Shown: in pieces, positions 58,830-64,000 of the stretch
Numbering within the stretch: the stretch's first letter is position 1
How the letters are laid out: each line of letters opens with the position of its first letter
Assembly: GCA_950072105.1 (NCBI GenBank)
Contig: CATMOE010000005.1
Location: forward strand, 1-64,000
Origin: an uncultured Dehalococcoidia bacterium
GTDB lineage: Bacteria > Chloroflexota > Dehalococcoidia > Lucifugimonadales > UBA3495
Direction of reading: 5' to 3'
DNA length: 64,000 nucleotides
Made by a program: the position numbers and the translations under genes
Notes under the pieces: generated by a model
Seen by the model: the letters and a program-made list of their open reading frames with translations, nothing else
The model's database searches: none
What the model was told of the DNA's origin: nothing

Positions 58830-60467
58830 TTGCCCAGAATGACCGGAGGCCAGGCGATCACCGAGTCCTTGAAAGCGCATGAAGTGGACACAATATTCGG
58901 GATTATATCTATCCACACCTTGGACCTTTTCGACTCCATATTCGACAATCAAGACAGTCTCCGGTTCATCGGAGGCCGTCAGGAACTGGGCTGCGGCTTC
59001 ATGGCCGACGGTTACTCCCGGGCCACTGGCAAGCCGGGCATTCTGCTTACCAGCACCGGGCCCGGTGCGGCAGACTCGGTGGGCGCTCTGGGGGAGGCCT
59101 ATTTTTCGAGCTCGTCAGTTTTGGAAATCTGCACCAACGTGGAGCAGGAATTCATCGGCTCCGGGAAGCTGTCTACCCACGAAACTAAGAACCAGTTGGG
59201 TATGTTTGAAGCGGTGACCGACTGGAACGCCCTCATCAACCAGATCGAGTCTATTCCAGACTACTTCGTTGAAGCGTTCCAGAGGTTTCAATCGCGGCGG
59301 CCCCGGCCCATCGAACTGGAGGTTCCCACCGACCTGTTGGGACAACAGGCCGAAGTGGAGGTGTTGGGACCTAGGGACCCTCAGATCGCCCAAGGAGACC
59401 CCGCAATGGTTGAGCGGGCCCGGAAGACTTTGATCGAGGCTAAACGACCGGTCATTTTTGTAGGTGAAGAAGTCCAATCCCTGGGCGGCGCCGAGGAGAT
59501 CATTCGACTGGCCGAGATGCTGGGCGCGCCGATAGTCACCGGAGACGGGGCCAAGGGAACTATTCCGGAGGATCACCCTCTATCTTTAGGTCCGGCTATG
59601 GGTGGGCGGATCTGGGGCGAAAACCCGTTGCATGATTGGCTGAGCACGTGCGACGTGGTTCTTGTTCTTGGGTCGATCCTTCCCCTGCGCTCCACGTCCG
59701 GTGTGGGGCTTAAATTGCCCGATACGTTGATACACGTCTTATTGGACGGCGAGGCCATCGGCAAGAACTACGCCACTGGCATCCCCATCGTCGCCGACTC
59801 CCGGGCCGTTACCCGCCAACTGCTTGAGGGTATGGCGGGCACGGACGTTTACAAAGGAGACAAGTTTAAGGAAGAGATTGCGTCGGTCAAGGAACAGATC
59901 TACAAGACTCTTAAAGATACATGGGGCAACGAACTGCGCACTTTTGAGGCCATCCGCGCGTCCACGGCCAAACACACGATATTCGCCCTTGACGCCACGG
60001 TGCCTACCAGCCGGGCCATCCGCTGCCTGGAGATCAACCAGCCCAGGACCTTCATGTACCCTCACGGCTGGGTAGGGTTGGGTTTTGCTTTCCCTGCCGC
60101 TTTGGGCGCCAAGATTGGCAAACCAAAAAGCCCGGTGGTTTGCGTTACCGGAGACGGTGGCTTCCAGTACAATTTCCAGGAGTTGGCCACCGCCGCCCAG
60201 TATGGAATCAACCCCATCGTTTTGATGTTTAATGACAATGCATGGGGTGTGCTCAAAGGCATGCAGCAACAGAACCACAAGGGCCGGCTCATAGGGACCG
60301 ATCTGGTCAACCCAGACTTCGTAAAGCTGTTCGAGAGCTACGGCTTTGAAGGCACAAAAGTTACCTCGGTGGATCAACTTTCCAAGGCGCTGGAAGACGC
60401 CGTGGCATCAGACAAGATTCAGCTCATCGAAGTACAAACGCCAGACGGGTTCGGCGCATTTCGGTAA
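58830..60467 (+). CDS. ThDP-dependent enzyme (acetolactate synthase/decarboxylase superfamily)
   Basis: RQE..GFMADGY, TGPG, GDGGF...NDN ThDP motif, NPDFVKL. Confidence 0.9.
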   Translation: MPRMTGGQAITESLKAHEVDTIFGIISIHTLDLFDSIFDNQDSLRFIGGRQELGCGFMADGYSRATGKPGILLTSTGPGAADSVGALGEAYFSSSSVLEICTNVEQEFIGSGKLSTHETKNQLGMFEAVTDWNALINQIESIPDYFVEAFQRFQSRRPRPIELEVPTDLLGQQAEVEVLGPRDPQIAQGDPAMVERARKTLIEAKRPVIFVGEEVQSLGGAEEIIRLAEMLGAPIVTGDGAKGTIPEDHPLSLGPAMGGRIWGENPLHDWLSTCDVVLVLGSILPLRSTSGVGLKLPDTLIHVLLDGEAIGKNYATGIPIVADSRAVTRQLLEGMAGTDVYKGDKFKEEIASVKEQIYKTLKDTWGNELRTFEAIRASTAKHTIFALDATVPTSRAIRCLEINQPRTFMYPHGWVGLGFAFPAALGAKIGKPKSPVVCVTGDGGFQYNFQELATAAQYGINPIVLMFNDNAWGVLKGMQQQNHKGRLIGTDLVNPDFVKLFESYGFEGTKVTSVDQLSKALEDAVASDKIQLIEVQTPDGFGAFR

Positions 60468-60607
60468 GGGGCAATCCCGCCGGTCTGGATTCGGGCCGAT
60501 GTTGCTTGACATAACCCGTCCGCGGACTTGATCCTTAGACCGCTTTTATGAAACGGTGTAAACCGGGTTAATACGGGGAGTTGCTGTGACTCCATGCCTA
60601 AAATGAT

Positions 60608-62083
60608 ATGACTGAACCCATAGAAAAAGAAGTTCGGCGCCGGGTGTACCCGCTGGACGCTCATGAATTGACCGAAGAGCAGATCGCGGTGGCCTTCGCC
60701 ATGACATCCCGCCGCCCGGAGCCCTTCGACGAGATCGCAGAGCAGGTGAGCCAGGAGAAGGCAGCCGACTTTCATGAGAGATGGGTGGTGGGCTACGGCC
60801 ACGCTTCGGTGGCGGAGCACGCCGTGCTACATCTGGCGGTGGAGGATATCTCCCGCTTGGCTTGCGACACGCTGGAAGATAACCGGCTGGCATCGTACAC
60901 CGAAAAGTCGTCTAGATATCAGCTTCTACCCTCCGGCTATTTTTTCCATCCTCCTGAACTGGCAAACGAACCGGCCTTGGCCCAAGCGTTTGCCGATGCC
61001 TGCCGGGAGTTATTCCAGGTTTATCATCGATTGGTGGAAGGTTGCGTAGATCACTTGCGCGGAGCCCATCCCAAGAGGGAACGGGAGCGGTACTCTGCTT
61101 ATAACCTTCGGTTGCAGAGGGATGCCACCGATAGCTGCCGAGCCGTCCTTCCGGCGGCCACTCTGACCAACGTTGGCGTGACCGCCAACGCCCGGGTGCT
61201 GGAGCATGCCATCTCCAAGCTGATGTCGTCGGAACTGGCGGAGGAGCGAGACCTGGGGAGTGAGCTTCGCGAACAGGGCCAAAAAATTGCTCCAACGTTG
61301 ATCAAGTATGCTGAGCCAAACACCTACCTGGCGGAGATGCCCGAAGTCCAGAGGTCGCAAACAAGCCAGTTTGTGGGGGAGCCAAGCTCTCGCGACGTCC
61401 GGGAGGGTGGTGACGGTTCTGGAGCGCACCTGAAGGTCCGCTTGATCGCCTGCACCGGCCAAGCAGAGGAAAAACTAGCCGCGGCCTTGTTATACCGCCA
61501 GTCAGGCCTGCCCTACGATGAGATATGGCGGCGGGTGTTGGATATGGACGCTGAGGACCGGCAGCAAATCATCCAGAAGTGCGTTACCGGCATGGGTCCC
61601 CACGACGCTCCGGTGCGCGAGTTCGAGATGGTGGATTATACCTACGAATACTTGATGGATTACGGGGCGTACCGGGAGTTTAAGCGCCACCGCATGCAAA
61701 CATATATTCCCCAGTCGCTAACCACGGCTAACGGATTCGGCGTACCGGAATTGCTGGTCCAAGCTGGTCTGAACGGCCAGTTTATTGGCGCCATCGAACA
61801 GGCGGAAGAGGCTTACCGGCAGGTTTTCGAGTTCTCCCCCGTGGTGGCCCAGTATCTAGTGACCCACGCTCACTACCGCCGGGTGCTATCCAAGCTGAAT
61901 CTGAGGGAGTGTTACCACCTGTTCAAGCTAAGGACATCGGGATTGGCCCACTTTGCGATACGAGAGCCGATGATTGAAGCAATGAAACTGGCGGTGAAAG
62001 CTCATCCGGGACTTTTCCGGGGCTTGCAATTGAGGGATTATCCGGAGTGGTGGGAAACCGCCACGGGCAAAACTGCAGAGTGA
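60608..62083 (+). CDS. thyX: FAD-dependent thymidylate synthase, duplicated-domain form
   Basis: YGHASVAEH, YTEKSSRY, D..R.VLP.A..T, NAR; second half with KRHR and HLFKLR. Confidence 0.85.
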   Translation: MTEPIEKEVRRRVYPLDAHELTEEQIAVAFAMTSRRPEPFDEIAEQVSQEKAADFHERWVVGYGHASVAEHAVLHLAVEDISRLACDTLEDNRLASYTEKSSRYQLLPSGYFFHPPELANEPALAQAFADACRELFQVYHRLVEGCVDHLRGAHPKRERERYSAYNLRLQRDATDSCRAVLPAATLTNVGVTANARVLEHAISKLMSSELAEERDLGSELREQGQKIAPTLIKYAEPNTYLAEMPEVQRSQTSQFVGEPSSRDVREGGDGSGAHLKVRLIACTGQAEEKLAAALLYRQSGLPYDEIWRRVLDMDAEDRQQIIQKCVTGMGPHDAPVREFEMVDYTYEYLMDYGAYREFKRHRMQTYIPQSLTTANGFGVPELLVQAGLNGQFIGAIEQAEEAYRQVFEFSPVVAQYLVTHAHYRRVLSKLNLRECYHLFKLRTSGLAHFAIREPMIEAMKLAVKAHPGLFRGLQLRDYPEWWETATGKTAE

Positions 62084-62152
62084 TTCGGGCAACCTGACGG
62101 CAGGACAATCAGGAGCTTGAGCAGTGTCGGCAGTCGCCGCTGGGCAAGTTTG

Positions 62153-62248
62153 TTAGGGGTCTGAACAATCCCGCGTGTAGCCGCAGTTGAGGCAGATAAT
62201 CTTGCACTTCTGTTCCATCATGTGGCCGCCGCAGATGTCGCAGACCAA
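62153..62248 (-). CDS. Cys-rich zinc-finger-like microprotein (not in the ORF track)
   Basis: (M)VCDICGGHMMEQKCKIICLNCGYTRDCSDP*; start TTG at 62248 or GTG at 62263. Confidence 0.7.
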   Translation of the reverse strand: MVCDICGGHMMEQKCKIICLNCGYTRDCSDP

Positions 62249-62394
62249 TAGAAAGAGGGTCACTCCCAACACGTTCACCCACACCCTTCACCGAGGAGTT
62301 GGCGCAAGTATACCAGGAGAACGGGCGGAGGGCCAAAGCGCGAATATCCACCGCTCTGGACGATTGAAAGACCCTTGGACCGGGTCTGCTGTGG

Positions 62395-63252
62395 CTACCG
62401 CGCAACCTTATGGGACACGATCTGGCCTTCCAGAACCATGTCCCCGCGGCCGGGCACCGGGTCTGAAGACGGAGCAGGGGTCAGCCGAACCATGTCGAAC
62501 TCGAATAACGGCTCGGGCGGGTGCAGGGTCACCGCTCCCCAACCCTTGGAATCGACCTTTAGCTGGCCGGCCCACATGCTTTGACCTTGTCTGACCAACC
62601 AGACGTCGTAGCTGGAGGGCGGTTCCAACTCCCGCATTCCAGTTACCATGAGCATGGCTCGGCGCCCGTCATCGGCTACCAGAAGGATGCCGCCGGAGTT
62701 ACCGGAATCATTGGGAGATTCCAGGATAACGTCGGTGCTCTCTGTTTCAGCTAGAAAATCGCTGGCGGCACGGAGTTCGTTCAGGCGGTCCATGACTTGA
62801 GACTCTTGAGCCGCCAATTTCCCCCATCGAGTCAGCACGGCGCTTTCGCGCTGCAGATTTTCTACACGGGAGGAAAGGATAGTGCTTACGTACACGCTGT
62901 ACGAAAGTAATCCCAAAACCAGGACTGCGGCCAGAGGCATCAAGACTTTGGACAGGGAGCCGGTCCAGCCTCGGGAGGCAGTGGTTTTTGCCGGGGTGGT
63001 GATCTCCACGCCCGTCCCCGGTAGGGATCTCATAATCCGAGCCTGCAATGAAGCGGGCGGTTGGAGACGGTCTACCGATTCCCCAATCAAGGCCGCCGAG
63101 GATTGCATGAGGGCCACGGTTGTCCGGCATTGGTAGCATCCCGACATGTGGAATTCAACCAGAACCGCTTCTTCCTGGTCCAGGATATCCAAGGCGTAGG
63201 CGCCCAATTGCTCTTCAGGGTGTTGTTCATTGTTTGAATCAGTCGTTAACAT
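62395..63252 (-). CDS. RskA-like anti-sigma factor
   Basis: LGAYAL..L, HxxxCxxC zinc motif, TM helix, Y.VWL C-terminal domain. Confidence 0.85.
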   Translation of the reverse strand: MLTTDSNNEQHPEEQLGAYALDILDQEEAVLVEFHMSGCYQCRTTVALMQSSAALIGESVDRLQPPASLQARIMRSLPGTGVEITTPAKTTASRGWTGSLSKVLMPLAAVLVLGLLSYSVYVSTILSSRVENLQRESAVLTRWGKLAAQESQVMDRLNELRAASDFLAETESTDVILESPNDSGNSGGILLVADDGRRAMLMVTGMRELEPPSSYDVWLVRQGQSMWAGQLKVDSKGWGAVTLHPPEPLFEFDMVRLTPAPSSDPVPGRGDMVLEGQIVSHKVAR

Positions 63253-63877
63253 CGCCTTCTAGTACCAACCTTAGCTTTTGCATCGCCAACCGCACTCTGG
63301 TCTTGACCGTCCCCAGAGGCTGCTTTAGAATCTCCGCCATTTCTGACTGGGTGTATCCCTCGAAGTAAGCCATCATGATTACTTGCCGCTGCGGAGGCGG
63401 CAGGGTGGCCACGGCTTTCAAGATTCGTTCCCGCTCAATATTCCTTTCAACTTCCTCTTCGGTGGAGATTTGGGCCGATGGCAACAATTCCAGAGTTTCG
63501 TAGCCGTCGGGGTCCATAGCCGCCAGTGTCCGGCGTCTGGCCCGAATCACGTCCACAATCTTGTGGTGAGCCACGCTCATGATCCAAGCCCGTGGTTCGC
63601 CCCGGTCGGTTTTATAGCTGGATGCCTTCAGCCAAATGTTCAGAAATATGTCTTGAGTAGCTTCTTCGGCCAGGGCCTCCTGTTTGAGCATGTACATGGC
63701 CAGGGAATAGACCGACGACCCATATCTGGTGTAAATAGCTTCCAGCGCGCCCTTATCTTCGAGGGTCACCTGATGCATGAGCTGGTGATCGTCGTATTCT
63801 TGGTAGTCGACCACCTTGCTATGCCCCCGGACCATTGGAGAGCGCCCCCTTAAATAGGAATACGCCGCTGGGGGCAA
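63239..63877 (-). CDS. ECF sigma factor (SigK-like)
   Basis: AEEATQDIFL.IW, W...AHHK.VD, AYFEGYTQSE.A....PLGTVKTR.R. Confidence 0.92.
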   Translation of the reverse strand: MPPAAYSYLRGRSPMVRGHSKVVDYQEYDDHQLMHQVTLEDKGALEAIYTRYGSSVYSLAMYMLKQEALAEEATQDIFLNIWLKASSYKTDRGEPRAWIMSVAHHKIVDVIRARRRTLAAMDPDGYETLELLPSAQISTEEEVERNIERERILKAVATLPPPQRQVIMMAYFEGYTQSEMAEILKQPLGTVKTRVRLAMQKLRLVLEGDVND

Positions 63878-64000
63878 TATGGATTTCGCTAATATTGACC
63901 GAGGCCAAATTAATTACATCACGGACCTCGGTCCCTGATTCGATTCCTGAATTTGCCGGTCTGCGAGGCGTCCTTTCGAGCGCCCCGGTACCTGACCAGA

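Noticed and set aside
1..64000. Selenoproteins (in-frame UGA) implied by selC
   Set aside because: No ORF inspected had a TGA at a conserved Cys position; trxA has normal WCGPC. The search was not exhaustive.
1..64000. CRISPR array or cas genes
   Set aside because: No regularly spaced identical repeats with unique spacers, and no cas-like ORFs.

Overview
Bacterial chromosomal window, most likely from Chloroflexota (SAR202/Dehalococcoidia-like; inferred from gene style, not tested). Most of it is housekeeping and metabolic: rimI; a coaE-cbbQ/norQ-like-Nudix-VWA operon; cinA; a Gld-like ABC system; speD-like/speB; a cysteine desulfurase; tandem M20 amidohydrolases; glycerate kinase; lutABC followed by MNT/HEPN and RelE toxin-antitoxin modules; lsrF; trxA; an rlmD-Maf fusion with tatBC/tatA; a hybrid kinase; lpdA-OFOR(alpha/beta)-E2-ThDP enzyme; a double-length thyX; and an ECF sigma/anti-sigma pair. 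The most striking structure the ORF track does not show is a tRNA-Sec (selC) gene at 40412-40508(-). It is followed by two progressively decayed copies of its 3' part, which delimit two small integrase-less cassettes (about 1.8 kb carrying yajQ, about 2.9 kb carrying icd) with matching GTGCAC arm-like repeats and terminators. Other highlights: a 1.25-kb islet bounded by 27-bp direct repeats that encodes two mini GIY-YIG-like proteins (one needing a -1 shift at A_AAA_AAG) and an HTH protein; a 2-oxoacid dehydrogenase cluster with no E1; an orphan CbbQ/CbbO-like pair; a pseudoknotted leader (riboswitch candidate); an uncalled ~31-aa Cys-rich microprotein; and several REP-like repeat families. 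All calls come from reading the sequence by eye; no searches were run.
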